Assembly (NCBI GenBank): GCA_977016875.1
Contig: CDRNST010000331.1
Coordinates: forward strand, 1,364,001-1,428,000
Origin: Pavona decussata
Lineage: Eukaryota
Length of the DNA: 64,000 nt
Direction: 5' to 3'
Positions within the stretch are counted from its first letter, which is position 1; the number at the start of each line of letters is the position of its first letter. The position numbers and the translations under genes are program-made. The notes beneath the pieces were generated by a model, which was given only the letters and a program-made list of their open reading frames with translations, ran no database searches and was not told the DNA's origin. Shown here piece after piece: positions 12,701 through 27,700 of this stretch.

Positions 12701-15700
12701 AAATGAGTGCCCCCCTTGTCCAGCCAAGAGGTACTGTGGGGGAGCAGGAATTGACGCATTTCCAAGCAGTGAATCTGGGAACTGTGATCCCGGGTTTTTC
12801 TGTAAGAGGGGTGTGGATACACCACGGCCGAGTCAAAATTTCAGTGGAATCGGCGGCGTTTGCCCTCCAGGAGCCTATTGTCCTGAAGGAACAGATGTAC
12901 CTGTAGGATGTCCCAATGGCACCTTTTCTAATGTGTCCGGGTTGGAGAGTGCAAATCAGTGCACACCTTGTTCTGATGGACATTACTGTGAGCAGTCCAA
13001 TCTCACGGAGCCAACCGGTAAGAACTGTTTTGTATATAATGTTAATTTGTTGAAAATTAGTGACATTCCTCGCAGTTAATATGTGATAACTAATTAACAA
13101 TTAGATTATGAGCTCGAGATTTCTATCGCGTGATAGCTAGCTATCATGCATAGAAATCAAGAGCGAATAATCTAATTGTTTTAGTATAAATCTACTAATC
13201 ATTCAAAACTAAACAAGTAAATTATCTATATCCTCATCGCAGACACTTTGAAAACGCTAGGAGCGGCCTCCATTTTGTTGAAAACCGCTACTCACTATCT
13301 ATCACGGAATAGATAGCGAGCAGCGTAGCCAATCAGAGAATGGCATTCGTGATAGAACGCTAGTAGATTTATACTATAAGCATGTATAGAAGAGGTCTGG
13401 TTACACATTTAAAGTTGATTTGAATACCTCAATTGAAAACGTCTCATGAATGAGACAGTCTAATTGTTTGGCACTCATATTATTTTCATGCTCCTTGTGG
13501 TGTTCATCAATTGAAATTACTTAATAAACCAGCTGAGTCCTGAGTTTAAGTCCTATTGCTCCTTAGATTAAATTGAAACATTTCCAACTCCAAAAGTCAC
13601 TTCTGATTGTACATGTTACATGAAATTATTCACTAAATTGTCATAACGAAAACATATGCTTCTTACATAAAACAGGAAAGTGTGCACCAGGCTTTTACTG
13701 CAGGCGTGGCTCAAATACAGAAAGACCTACCATTGTATCGTCCATTGGAGGACCATGTCCAAAGGGCCACTTCTGTGAACTGGGTACTGCATTCCCAGTG
13801 GGCTGTCGAAGAGGAACATATAACCCCAACGAACGAGAGGCCGCTTGCTTTAGGTGCCCAGCCGGGTACTTCTGCCCTGAGAATTCTACTTCCTATGAAC
13901 CCTACCCTTGTCCCAAAGGTCATTACTGTCCAAATGGGACTGAGTATGCAACACAGTTTCCATGTAGTAAAGGCTATTACAATGGCTTTGAAAAAAAAAT
14001 GAGCATAGCAGACTGTAAAGCTTGTCCAGGAGGAGAGTTCTGCAATGACTCTGGGCTCATAGAACCTAGTGGACCTTGTGCACCGGGTTATTTCTGCGTC
14101 AATGCTGCTTGGACAGACAAGCCACAAGATTATGACAATTTCACATCAGGTGACTGTCTGTGCCCTGCAAACTCTACCGGAGGGGAATGCCAGGAAGGAT
14201 TTTTCTGCCCAGGTGGTTCCCATGAACCTACTGCCTGCACAGGAGGCTTTTACTGTGAAGGTAAAGGAAAGGATGTGGTGACAGCACAATGTGATCCAGG
14301 TTGGTTTTGTACCAGTGGAGCTAAGGTTCCACGTCCATCTGATGGAATCACTGGGAACATATGCCAACCAGGACGTTACTGCCCTAAGGGTACCAAAGTC
14401 CCAAGACTCTGCCCAATAGGAAGATTTTCAAATAACACAGGGAATAGTCATGAAGACAACTGCACTCTTTGCACGGAAGGGTCTTACTGTGAAACACAAG
14501 GATTAACAAAACCAACTGGGCTTTGTTCAGCTAAATTTTACTGTCCTACTGGAGAAGGTAGTGACAAGCTCAAGTCATGTACAAAGGGACATTATTGTCG
14601 TGAAGGAAGTCCTGCCCCAGTCAAGTGCCCTTCTGGAAGCTATCAGGATGAAGTGCAACAAGACTCATGTAAAACATGTCCTGCTGGATATTATTGTGAC
14701 AACAAGGATAATCTTGATGACTTTGTAGACTATTTGTGCCCCAATGGCTACTACTGTCCCAATGGAACAAGGTTTGCGACCGAGTTTGGCTGTCCAAATG
14801 GAACACATGGAAATGGAACACAGCTTACCCATGCTGATGAGTGTGTCAAGTGTCCACCTGGAAAGTTCTGCTATGGTAAGAACAGCTAAAATCAAACAAA
14901 CAAAAGGACAACTAATGACTATATTTCAGTTCAAAACCCAAATAACCCCTGGCCCATCCCAACAGACACAAACAGCAAAATGAACTTAAGACAGTTGGAA
15001 GCAAACGCATGTAAATGGCTTGTAGTGTAGGAAAATACATGCCAGCAGTTCACAATTTTTACTGAGTAACTTAAAACTGATTTGAAACTACAGCTGTAGC
15101 ACAAGCATTTTAAACCTACTACTGAATGTACTAAAAAGAGACAAACTGATTGACAGTTAATTCAAATTGAATAGTTCCTTGTTTTGAGGGTTGTGTGTCA
15201 TCTGCTAGGGTGGTATCCCCTGGGGCTTTTAAATTTCATGTAATAACCAATGGAAACTGCTTAATTTAACAGACTTTTTTACCGGTAGGTGGAAGTTAAA
15301 AAAAATTAATCCTCTAAGAATCTCGCCAGAAAATGCAAGTTGTCCAAAAAAAGAATGTTACTCTAGATCTCAGTTTGAAAGCCTCAGCTGTATGACACCA
15401 AAAATGATTTGAATGTTTAAATTGTTTGTAATGATCGGACACACAAAGGCCATCTGCATTTAGGTTTTTCAGAAATGTACTAAAATAAATGATTTACAAA
15501 CTGGACTTAAGTTTCTGTTATATGGTGTGCCACTCCCCAAGATACATGTAGTGTGTCACAGGCTACTTCCAAGGATAGCAGTGACTAGAAGCTCTACTTT
15601 GGAAACAATTTTTCAGACAGACTTATCAGTTAATCATTGGTCTTTTGATCTTTTCAGGTTCATCGCCAACCTTCACAGGAGATTGTCATGAAGGCTTCTA

Positions 15701-18700
15701 TTGCCGACTGGGTTCCCACACTCCCACACCAACTGATGGTTTCACTGGAGAAGAATGCCCCGTAGGCCATTTCTGTGTGAGGGGTGTTATTGCTCCCGAG
15801 AGTTGTCCCCCAGGAACGTTTTCCAACACATTAGGGCTAAGAAGCATTCACGAGTGCACAAATTGTACACCCGGTCTATTCTGCAACGGAAGTGCTCTCA
15901 CAGCCGAAAGTGGAAACTGTTGGCCACGGTATTATTGCAGTGGGAGAGCAGATAATCCGGCACCACAGGATGGCATTACTGGAGGGAACTGTACACCAGG
16001 GCATTATTGCCCCGGAAGAACACCAAATCCTATCCCTTGTGAGGTATGTAATTATCAGGGTCTTGACAATCTGCGAGCCAGTGAGCCATGCGAGGCAGAC
16101 GTGCGAGGCACTCAGGTTAGCCTTAAAAAACACTCCGGTTAGCCTAAATAGCACTCAGGTTAGATTAAGTAGCTCCCCGGTTAGTTTAATGGTTAGCATT
16201 TATGTTGGGGGTTGTTCGTGCCTCGCAAGCCTTGCATGTTTGTCTCTCATGGCTCGCATGCCTCGCACGTTTGGCTTGCTGGCTCGCACATTGGCCACAC
16301 TCTAATTATCAGGTGAAGGTGTTTAATGAAGCATGTTAAAGCAAGCAGTGGTATTTACCTTGTTTTAGCCCTTCATGTTCCAGTGCCAACATGCATATTC
16401 CCCTCACCATTCCTCATATATTTCATATGATAACAGTTGAGAGAATTTGGTTAGAATGTATGTGACAGAATTTTTATTATTCTTGTATGAAAATTGAAAA
16501 AAATCCTCATCAGTTTGTCTTCCCCATGTTTGAGGTGTTTAAAAGCGGCCAGAACAGTCAGTTCCTAAATGGAGTAAGTTCTTAATCAGAGAAATGAGAA
16601 CTGGCATATAACAAAGCCTTCAAATTGGACAGTTTCATCCATGAAATGACTGTGCCTTGTGCCAGGGGAAAAGCTGAGAATACAACTGAAGGAGCAAGCA
16701 AGTGCTAGTAGTGATCAGCATCTTATTTCTCTTCATACTATCACTATTTCATCAAGCATACAAGTTACGAGAATGAATGGACTGATCACCAAGAAAGATA
16801 AAATTGTATTTATGTTTAAACAAATTCTTCCAACTAGTATTATTAGAAACATATGAATGCCATTGTTGATATTGGAACTTAAAGGAGTACTTAAAGGGAC
16901 ACGGTCACAGCAATTTTGCTATATTTTCGTCAAAATGGCTCAAATATTTGACAAAGAACCTTTTTTCTACCATGAAATTGCTGTTAGAGCACCGGGAAGG
17001 AAATATCAAGGGATTTTTCCAGGGAAGAACAAACTATAAGCAGTTTTTGACGACTTCTCTACAATACACAGGAGGAACTTGAAAAAATTGGCCAATTTTT
17101 TCAAGTTGCAATCCATTTCCATCCTAGCCATCCCCAGCCAAAGATAATTAATACTAGTTTCCGTGCATTATTAGGGTTATTGTTAACAAAACTGAACCAT
17201 TATTTTGACGATTCCATCGATTCAAATATGTTTTTTGGCTATTCAAAGTAACAAAAAAACTGGCGACACTGCCCCTTTAAGGGAATGAAAAATGTCAACC
17301 AATATCTTTAAATGCTATGAGGGTAAAACAACATTTTTGAGGTACCTCACTACTTTCTTTTCATTATTGTTACACTAGGATGGAACATACATGAAGGACC
17401 CTCTTGCCGATGCCTGCTTGGACTGTCCTGCAGGATTTTACTGTGTGGACGACAAGAGTCAAGACCCCAAACCATGTCCACAGGGATATTATTGTCCGGT
17501 AAAAACAGGGTTCAACTGGAAGCCGTGCCCCAAGGGAACATATGGTGATAGAGATGGCCTTTCTAATATAACAAGTAAGTGTCCCTTTGGTGATATATTG
17601 CTACAATACATGGAAGTGTTAATCAAATCTTATTTCATTGCTCAAAGTTAAGAATTTCTTACACAGACTTGAAGGTTAGAGCCATCTTGCATTTTACAGG
17701 AGGAAAGTATGGCTTGTTGGCTTTCATCTAGAATAGCTGCTATTAAGGACTCGATCCAGAGTGTTAACCAGGTTAGAAGCATAAAACAAACATTACATAC
17801 CACAGGAAAGTGCTGTTTAGTAACTTAAAATTACGTTTTTAGCATTATCATCCCCTTAATCATTATAAATGTTATCTTCAGCCTTCCCCACACCATCATG
17901 CTCCTCCTCTTTCTCCTCTTGCTCCTTGTTGTCATCATCGTCATCATCATCATCATCATCAGGTCTCTAAGTGGAGAACTGAGCTTCTTGACATGCATGA
18001 TAAAAGCACCAAAATAGCTTTTGCCTAAATATTCACAATAAGGACCTCATCTAGGAGCTTGCTGTCAAGCCCCTGACAAAACTTTTGATGGCAACTGCAA
18101 CTTGTCAAAATGTAATGTCAAGTTTTCTTATTGGAGTTGTCCTTATTTGCCTCTTGAAGGTTGTCGTCCCTGTGATTCTGGTAGATTCTGTGCTCATGAA
18201 AATGCAACAACTGTTAGTGGACAGTGTAGTGCTGGTTACTTCTGCCGTCGTGGTGCTAAATCAGCAACACCAAGTGCAAGTGCTGATTCAGGACCTTGCC
18301 CGGAAGGACATTACTGCCCTGCTGGCATAGGGGAACCGGAAAAATGTCCAAAGGGAACTTACTCCAATGTACAGCTCCTAGAAAATGTGAACCAGTGTCA
18401 AAATTGCTCGGAGGGCAATTATTGTGGAGAGCTGGGACGCAGAAATGTTTCTGGACCATGTGATCCTGGCTTCTATTGTCTCAAGGGATCAGAGATCCCC
18501 AATCCACCAAATGTTACCGTATCTGGTGGGCCATGCCCTGTTGGACATTATTGCCCTGCAGGAACCTCCCATCCTTTGGGCTGCGAACCTGGAACATACA
18601 ATGATCGCACAGGCCAGTTTAATTGTACATCATGTTGTGCAGGGTACTACTGTCCGTCAAATTCAACAGCATGTGTGCTGGAGTGTCCACTGGGTCATTA

Positions 18701-21700
18701 CTGTCCTTTAGGAACTGAAGCACCTTTTGATAATCCTTGTCCCAAGGGTTACTTCAACAATAAAACGAGAAGGCAAAGCCTGAGGTAACTTTTTTCATAC
18801 TTCTTCATCACCTAGTTCTTATTTAAGCACTTAGGAATGGAATGAAATTATTTTTAGCAATGCTTAAGTGACGACTGCCGTCACATTCCATGGGTGCTTT
18901 CCGGCTCACATTGTTTGTTGTACTCTCATTCAGGAGGATGTGCTTGAGTAAGGTGCTGGCTAATGGTAGATGCATTTTGGGATGTTTGTGGAATAATTAT
19001 ACTATTTAATTTTTGTGGTGTTGAGTACATGTGCCAAGTATGTCAAATTTGTACTGTATGTTACTTTTGGTAGGTAGTTAGGGATTTTAGGAGGAAGATG
19101 TACCATTTTAGATGTACAGCATGTGTTGATATGTTGAAACATTTTCATTCACAGTGATTGCACTCCATGTCGTCCTGGCAAGTTCTGCGACAAAGCAGGC
19201 CTCGAAAACCCAACTGGTGACTGTGCAGGGGGTTGGTATTGCGTACGTGGGGCTTGGTCCGATAAGCCAACTGATGTTGGTGCTCTTGGCTACTGCAATT
19301 CTTCCAATGGAACTGGATGCTTCTGTCCCAATACAACAACAGGGGGTGTGTGCCAGCAAGGGTTCTACTGTCCTAAGGGATCTCATGAACCAACGCCATG
19401 TTTGAGAGGTAACGTTTCTCTAGTAACAATTATGTAAACATTCTGCCCTCCTCAGAGAACATAGCAACAACCACAAATTGCATGTTTTTATTGCATTTCT
19501 GAGATATTTTTTGTGTCTTAGGACATTACTGTGCTGTTGCTGAACTTTCTAATGTCACGGGCCCCTGTGATGCTGGTTATTTCTGCAAGGAAGGTGCCAA
19601 GTTTGCTGATCCAACTGACAATATAACAGGAGGGATATGTCCTAGAGGTCACTATTGCCCGGTAGGAACATATGATCCAGAGAAATGTCCTGAAGGAACA
19701 TACTCCAATTCTACCTCCAATCAAAATATAAGTAGCTGCCAGCCTTGTATACCAGGACACTATTGCGGTTCTAGAGGTCTTGAGCTGCCATCTGGAGAGT
19801 GTAATGCAGGTTTTTACTGCCCAGGAGGCCAGAAGACAAGCTCACCAGTTGCATATACCTGTACGCCTGGACATCAGTGTCCTAGAGGAAGTTCATACCA
19901 GGTACCTTGTGACAATGGAACTTACCAGGATGAGTTCCAACAAGGAACATGTAAGATCTGCCTTCAAGGTTATTACTGTGATGGAACCATTCTCAATGCA
20001 ACTCACTGCAGTCATGGGGTTCAGTTCCCAACCCCTTGTATCAAAGGTCACTACTGTCCCAGTGGGACTAGATTTGCACGGGAGCACAAGTGTCCAGCAG
20101 GTAAGGAAAATGGTTATTACATTGTAGTTTGCATGTATGTTCAGGAATGCATAAGCCAAACAAAAAAAGATATGAGTGAAATCTTTAAGTTTGGTTTTTC
20201 CGTCTAGAACAATAGCCCAATTTTGATATATTAAAATTCAGCCTGAAACAATAAACATCACTGCGTGGCTCCGGGGAACAAACCCATATAAACTCTACAA
20301 TTTATTCCCCGGAGCCTCAAAGTGATGTTATTGTTTCAGGCTGAATTTTTATGTATCGAAATTGGGCTATTCCAGTGCGCAATACATTTAAATGAATTCA
20401 AAGTATTTGTGTCAACTTTTCTTGGTGTCTTCTACTTCAGCAATTTTGGTTCAATGATCATACACCTGCAGTCTGGGGCTCAAGAAAACTTGTGAGATTA
20501 CATGCACTCTTGACCACTGTTTTTCAGAACTGTTACGTTTTAAAATAAACATTTATTCTTCCAGGAACCTTCAACAACAGGACTCATGGAGAGAGTGTTG
20601 CTGACTGTACTGATTGTCCAGCTGGCAAGTACTGTGCAGGTGAAGGAAATGAGATATGGACAAGTGACTGCTCACGCGGATTTCACTGCATCGGCCGAGC
20701 TGATAATGCCTCTCCAAATGATAGAGTCACTGGAGTCATTTGTCCAAAAGGGTGAGCCTCTTTTGTCATCTTTGTTTCTCTAGTTTGTTCAACCTGCAAT
20801 GGTTTGAACCCAGAAGTCGTCATAAGATTGTACATTGTGATCATCTGGGTGAGTGTAGTCCTGAGAAGGACTGTTTCAAGTGACAGTGACTGACGTTTCA
20901 AAAACCTGAGCAGAAGTCATCATCAGAGTCAAATCTAATTTGTCTCTTTGAGCATTCATTTGTTACAGTTTAAAATTAATCCTTTAATTCCCTCTTTGAT
21001 GTACAGGTCATGCAATCCGTTTTTAACTTCAGAGTTCATAATGGATTAACGTTTTAAGGACTAACTGAACTTCTGTAGAGTACAATTTAAGCTACAGACA
21101 GCGAAATCCTCACTCTGTTCAAACGTTTGGGCCATTCTCTTCTCAAAGTAAAGTGTAGTCGTTAGTTCAAAGACTGTACTATTAAAGGTATCACCCCATC
21201 TAGAGCTTGAATTACACACTAGTTTGGTCTGAAAGACTGAAAACAGGTTTGGATTTTACAAAAACTGGTATGGGTTCTTCCAACCAGGCCTTTAAATGGG
21301 TATGAGATTTAAAGGCTGAGTTTGAAAAAAGGGTATCGGAAAATGAAATATTTTGTCCTGAAATAGAGTCTGGGTTGGGAGCGCTGAGCAGCACTCTCCC
21401 ACCATAAAATTCCGAGGATTACACCCCTTGGCCTCACGATATCACTAGCTATAGGACTGTGGTTAACTATTCAGACATGACAATGTGTTCTGCAGTGAAA
21501 TCCATTGCCAGATTGCCATTGCCACCTGAAGTAAGGGATTAAATCTTTGTTTACCACTAATCAAGCTAGAACTTTTCACTTTTTTTTCCTACAGTCACTA
21601 CTGCCCAGCAGGGACACCCATTCCCATACCTTGCAAGAAAGGTACATATGGACCCACGGAACAGCTTGGCTCTCAAGCAGAGTGCAAGGATTGTGAACCA

Positions 21701-24700
21701 GGGGAATATTGTGCAGTCGATGGCCTCAACCAAACATCTGGCAACTGTTCTGCAGGTTATTTTTGCCGGCAAAATGCATCTGTAAATGAACCTACTGATG
21801 GAGTGACTGGTTAGTATTTAGGATAACTGATTTATTTCTTTTACTTCATGTAGTGCACTTGCCATCTGAGAATACTCACGGATAAGAAAACGTTACCGGA
21901 GGAATCAGGCATTTAGTAGATTACTCCAAAACTATCCCTAAAGTAAGCAGTCTGCTGTTGAAGACAACAAGGGGTTGAGAAAAAAGTGATTGAGAAAGTG
22001 GGGGTCACATACCTAATTACGCAGCAATCTGTTATCTTCCTGCATATAGTTGCCAATCGTAAAAAAAGATTAAAACCTGGTTCTTTCTTTTAGGTGATGT
22101 TTGTTGGATTGGGCATTTTTGTCCTGAAGGTACTGCTAGCCCTCGTCCATGTTCCCCAGGATCATACATGAACCACACCCAAGCTGCTGTGTGTTATACC
22201 TGTCCACCAGGACACTTCTGTATTAACAAAGTTTTGCCAGAACCCTGCCCAGCTGGTAAGACCCTTCTCTATTATTGTCGTTTATTCCTGCAGTGCCTTT
22301 CGTCTTTTGTTTCTGCTGTAACACAAGTTGGAAATCACTGGTCTCGCTGTTGAGGAAATTGTCTTTGTACCAGTCATGAACTATTGTACAATTGTATCCT
22401 TACTCAGAGAGATGTCTGTGAAACTTCCATTTAAAATGTGTAATCCGACAAGATGTCATATAAGGTGTTAGTCATTGTTGTTTGAAATTATAGGTCACAC
22501 TTGTTTGTTGTACAATTGTATCACATAGGTGTGGATACTGCTGGTGTTCAACAGATGATGGTGTCGATACACAACCAGTTGACACAATGGCTTGATGAAG
22601 ATCAGCAGTATAGTAGTCAAAATGTTGTGATCCACACCCATTTGTCAAAATCGTGAGACAATTGATTAACTTTGAGCTATTAATCTAACAGCGTGTTTGC
22701 ATACCATAGCTACGCCAAGCTAAAGGTGAAGTAATTTTTGCATTTCTTCATCAGGCTGGTATTGCCCATTGGGCACTGGACATGACTGGAAACCTTGCCC
22801 CAGGGGAACGTACAGTCCAGTTGAGTTCCTCTCCAGAGAAGAACAATGCAAGCCATGTGACCCAGGGCACTTCTGTGCTTTCCTCAATCTCACATCAACT
22901 ACAGGGCTATGTGATGCAGGTTTTTTCTGCCATAATGGATCTGACCAACAACAACCTTCTGGTGGAAACAGGGGTGATGCAGGTATTTGTCCAACTGGAC
23001 GATACTGCCCACAAGGTGATCCACTAGCACCGATAGCTTGTCCAGCAGGCCACTACAATAACAGAACACATGCAACATCATTGGCAGATTGCAAAAAATG
23101 TCCTGGTGGGCAGTACTGTGAAGGAGCTGGTCTCACTTGGCCAAGCGGGCCTTGTGATGCAGGCTACTACTGTATAGAGAGATCACATTCCCGTAAGCCT
23201 AATATTTCAGAAACTGGAGGTCCTTGCCCTCCTGGTAATTTCTGTCCAGTTGGGTCACCGTATCCAATTGCCTGTAGAGGTGGTGAATACAACTCGCGTT
23301 GGGCACAGAGTCAGTGCCTTGTTTGTCCTCCTGGTTACTTCTGTCCAAATGCGTCGACCAATTTTACTGACTGCCCCAAAGGATACTATTGCCCCAATGG
23401 CTCGGCATCAGCCATTCCATGTCCTAAAGGATCCTTCAAAAATGTCACCTTGGGTGATAAAGTTGGCGATTGCACCATCTGTCCTGCTGGACAGTACTGT
23501 GAATTCAGTGGCTTGGCTGAACCATCAGGTCTGTGCGCAGGAGGCTGGTTCTGCACTGGTGGTTCATGGCAAAGGAAGCCTCTCAACACAAGTGACATAG
23601 CAAATGGTACTTCTGTTTGTCCACTAATTGGTGAAATTGGAGGTTTCTGTAAGAAGGGCAGCTTCTGTCCTGCTGGATCTCATGAACCATTGCCTTGTAC
23701 ACCTGGCTACTACTGTGAGGAGGATAAACTAGACCGGGAGTCTGGAGTCTGTACAGCTGGATATTATTGCAATGGGAGTACAATCTATAGTCACCCAGTC
23801 AACCAAACTACCGGTGACAGGTGTCCAAAAGGTTATTACTGTCCAACTAAAAGTTCCTACCCTACTCCATGCTTACCAGGTACTTACGCTGACACAGAAT
23901 TCAACCAGTTCAAGAACAACTGCAAGCCTTGTATACCTGGAATGTTCTGCCAGACTTCTGGACTTGACTATCCAAGTGGAAATTGTTCTGAGGGATTCTA
24001 CTGTCCAGCTGGAGAAACACAGCAGAGTCCTCCAGACAAGGAATGCCAGCCTGGTCATTTCTGTCCTGAGGGCACCGGACTTCACAACCCATGTCCTGCT
24101 GGAACGTATCAGCCGTATTCCAGGAAAGGATTTTGCTACATCTGCCCTGCTGGAAGTTACTGTGACCCTAATGAAGCTAGGCAGAACATGTCATGCACAG
24201 GAAATGGTTCTTGTGGAGTCATTGCCCCATCTGATTGCCCAGCAGGATATTTCTGCCCTAATGGTACCAAGTGGGCTAAGCAATATCCATGTCCTGTGGG
24301 AACCTTCAGTAGTGCGACAAAGCGAATGGAAGAGGCCCAATGTACACAGTGCACAAGAGGAAAGTACTGCCATAAGTCAGGGATAACGGCTCCAACAGAC
24401 GACTGCCATGCAGGATATTACTGTGTGGAAGGTGCCAGCTTACCAACACCTAATGACACTGTCACAGGGGCCCCATGCCCAGCAGGTTCCTATTGTCTAC
24501 AAGGTTCTCACAAACCAGAGCCATGTCCAGTAGGGACTTATGGCCCAAGCCAAAGACTGCAAAGCCTTTCAGGCTGTGTAGACTGCGATGGAGGAAAGTA
24601 TTGCAACGTTGAGGGACTGGCTGCTCCAAATGGCTCCTGCGATGCTGGTTTCTTCTGTAAGATCCGTGCTATCAGACCCAATCCTGTCAATAGTAGCCAA

Positions 24701-27700
24701 GGTGGAGGTATTTGCCCAACAGGACACTATTGCCCCAGAGAAACAACCACGCCATTTAAATGTCCTCCTGGCACATTCAACAACGAGACACATTCAACTC
24801 AGCCTTCAAACTGTGTACCATGCACTCCAGGATATTACTGTGAAGGCTATGGCAACACATACCCAGATGGACCTTGTGATGAGGGATGGTTCTGCAGCAG
24901 AGGTGCTTATGCCAGAAGACCTGTTCCAGATGTGAATTCAATCTTCAACAACTCTAATGATTTCACATGTCCTATATACTCAGTAAACTTTACTGGAGGT
25001 ATTTGCCCTCTTGGCCACTTCTGTCCACAAGGGTCTTCAGAACCGAAGAGTTGTCTCAGAGGCACTTATTGTGGTCAGACAGGGCTTGCTAGTCCAGAAG
25101 GAAACTGTACAGCTGGATATTATTGCAGTGGCGGTGATACAATTTCCAATCCTAGGAATTGTACTGCAGGGAAATATTGTCCTGAAGGAACAGAAGAAGA
25201 GAAACCTTGCCCTGTAGGGACATTCTCTCCATATGCAGGGAAGTCTAAGGTTGAGGACTGTTTGAACTGCACAGCTGGATATTACTGCCCATTACGAGGT
25301 GCTACAGAGGTATCATTTGAGTGCTTGCAAGGCTATTACTGTCCAAGTGGATCTAAGCACAATTCCACTGCTCTGTGTCCAAGGGGAGCAAGCTGTCCCA
25401 CGGGAAGTGGCCTTCCAGAGAACTGCATTGCAGGGGAATACCAAGATGAAGAAGGGCAATTTATGTGTAAAGGTTGTTTAGCAGGTCATTACTGTGATCC
25501 ATCTACAAATCTCACTGGTGTCATCTACCCAACCAAGTGCACAGCTGGTAATTATTGCCCTGCAGGAACAAAGACAGAGAGGCAGTTCCCATGTCCAGCT
25601 GGTACCTTTAGCAACAAAACAGGACTAGAAAAATATGCAGACTGTACACCTTGTCTGCCCAAGACGTTCTGTGGGTCAACTGGTTTGACAAAGCCATCAG
25701 GACCTTGTGGTGCAGGTTTGTAATTATGTGCCTGTTAGGGACTTTTAAAACACAGGAGTGTTCACATGCTGGAGATCCAGGCAGCAACCGGAAGTGCAAT
25801 ATTGATCCTGGTAATCACGGATCAGAGAATGCTTGTTTTTGCATCTGTGATTTGATCTAATGTTCTCAAAAAATGTTTAAAAATTAATTAATGTTTAATG
25901 AGAAACACAGGGCTTCAGGCAGTCACTTGTGACATTTGGGATACCATCATTCTTGTTGCTTAAAGTCAAACACAGTTCAAGAGGACAGGTTAGGAAAATT
26001 ATACACTCAGTATCATTTCAGACAGTTCCCATTGTTGACCGTCAGTAGATTCAAGCATAGTAAAATATCATTGAGAAGTTGATATTCGATATTATACTGA
26101 TAGGTCACTTCTGTGTCAATGGATCTACGACATCAACGCCAACCGATGGAGTGACAGGAAATAAATGCAAGCTGGGTCAGTACTGTCCCGAGGGGTCCTC
26201 AGAGGGGATCGGTTGTCCTGCTGGTAAGATGTGCCACTTGTTTAGATGTTTCGTTTGTTTTGGCAGTGTGGTGGGGCACATTTTTGGGGAAGATTCACTG
26301 CAATTATTTTGTTCAGTATATGGATGCACTCACTATTGCCGTAAAAAATGGTCATTTAGAAGAACCGATTCATTTAGAACAACAATCGTTTTACATCCAA
26401 TCAATCTGTGCTCCTCGATTGATAAGTAGTGAGTGATGTTAAGGACATGTTGATCATTTCTTTTCAGGAACATTTTACAATGACACTGGACTTCAGAATG
26501 AAACAGGCTGCCTTCCATGTTTAGCTGGTTACTACTGTGACGGCACAGGGAACATTGTTCCCGTCAAGAAGTGTCGTGAAGGGTTCTGGTGTCGAGGAGG
26601 TTCACCGGAAGAGATGCCTCTTGATCAACCTTGGGGTACGGACTGCCCCAATGGCAGCTACTGTCCCACAGGTACTCCATCGCCTGTGCAGTGCCCTAAA
26701 GGAACCTACCAACCATATAGACGCAAGGCTCGAGTTGAAGACTGTGTATCCTGTGATGGTGGAAAGTTCTGTGATGCAACTGGTCTGAGTGCTGTCAGTG
26801 GCAATTGCCAGCGAGGTTTCTTCTGCAAGGGGAATGCTTCCAAGGCCAATCCGGAAGACAAAGTCACCGGAGACATCTGTCCTGTCGGCAGCTTCTGCGT
26901 TGAAGGTTCATCCAAGCCACAGACTTGCTACAATGGAACTTACATGAATCATACAGGTATGATGGAATTATGTGACGAAGTGTGATGGAGCACAGTATCA
27001 CTAAAAAAAAACCACGATTGCTAAATGAATCACACATCAAAATCAATTGAAAAAATCATTGATAACAGAGAAACTGTTCTTCTGCTGTGTTCACAATTCT
27101 CAATGGAGTTACTCTGTCTATGATGACAGTAGGTAAGAGCTTGTCTCTCTCAGATTGCCATGCATTTCTTTGTTACTTGTGAGAATTTTGAGATTAAATT
27201 CAAATTTCTTTTCACAATTCCTACAATAGTTCACCCCATATGTCCTCTTGACACTGTGTTTATACTGTAAGGAGTAGCTGATATAAATAAATAAATCACT
27301 CTATTTAAGTGTCAATATATTTAGCGCAGAGCAGTAATTAGGGACACTTTGCAGTTCGAAATGGAATTTAGAAGTGTTGGATTTTTGAGGAGAGGGGAAA
27401 ACCGGAGTACCTGGAGGAAAACCTCCCGGAGCGAGGACGAGAATGAACAACAAACTCAACCCACATATGACGTCGAGTTCGGGAATAGAACCCGGGCCAT
27501 CCCACTGGGCTCTCACCACTGGGCCATCCCTGCTGCTCATATTGATAGTAATTATAAATGAGTATTTTCTGATTGTATACTCACTTATTTAGGTGCTTCA
27601 TACTGTTACGTGTGTCCAGCTGGGTTCCAGTGCATCAGAGCAGTCCTACCCGACCCATGCCCTGCAGGATTCTACTGTCCTGAGGGGACTGGCTATGATA

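Noticed and set aside
22769-25723. Stand-alone 984-aa gene
   Set aside because: No ATG start or signal peptide; bounded by splice sites in phase with neighbouring exons
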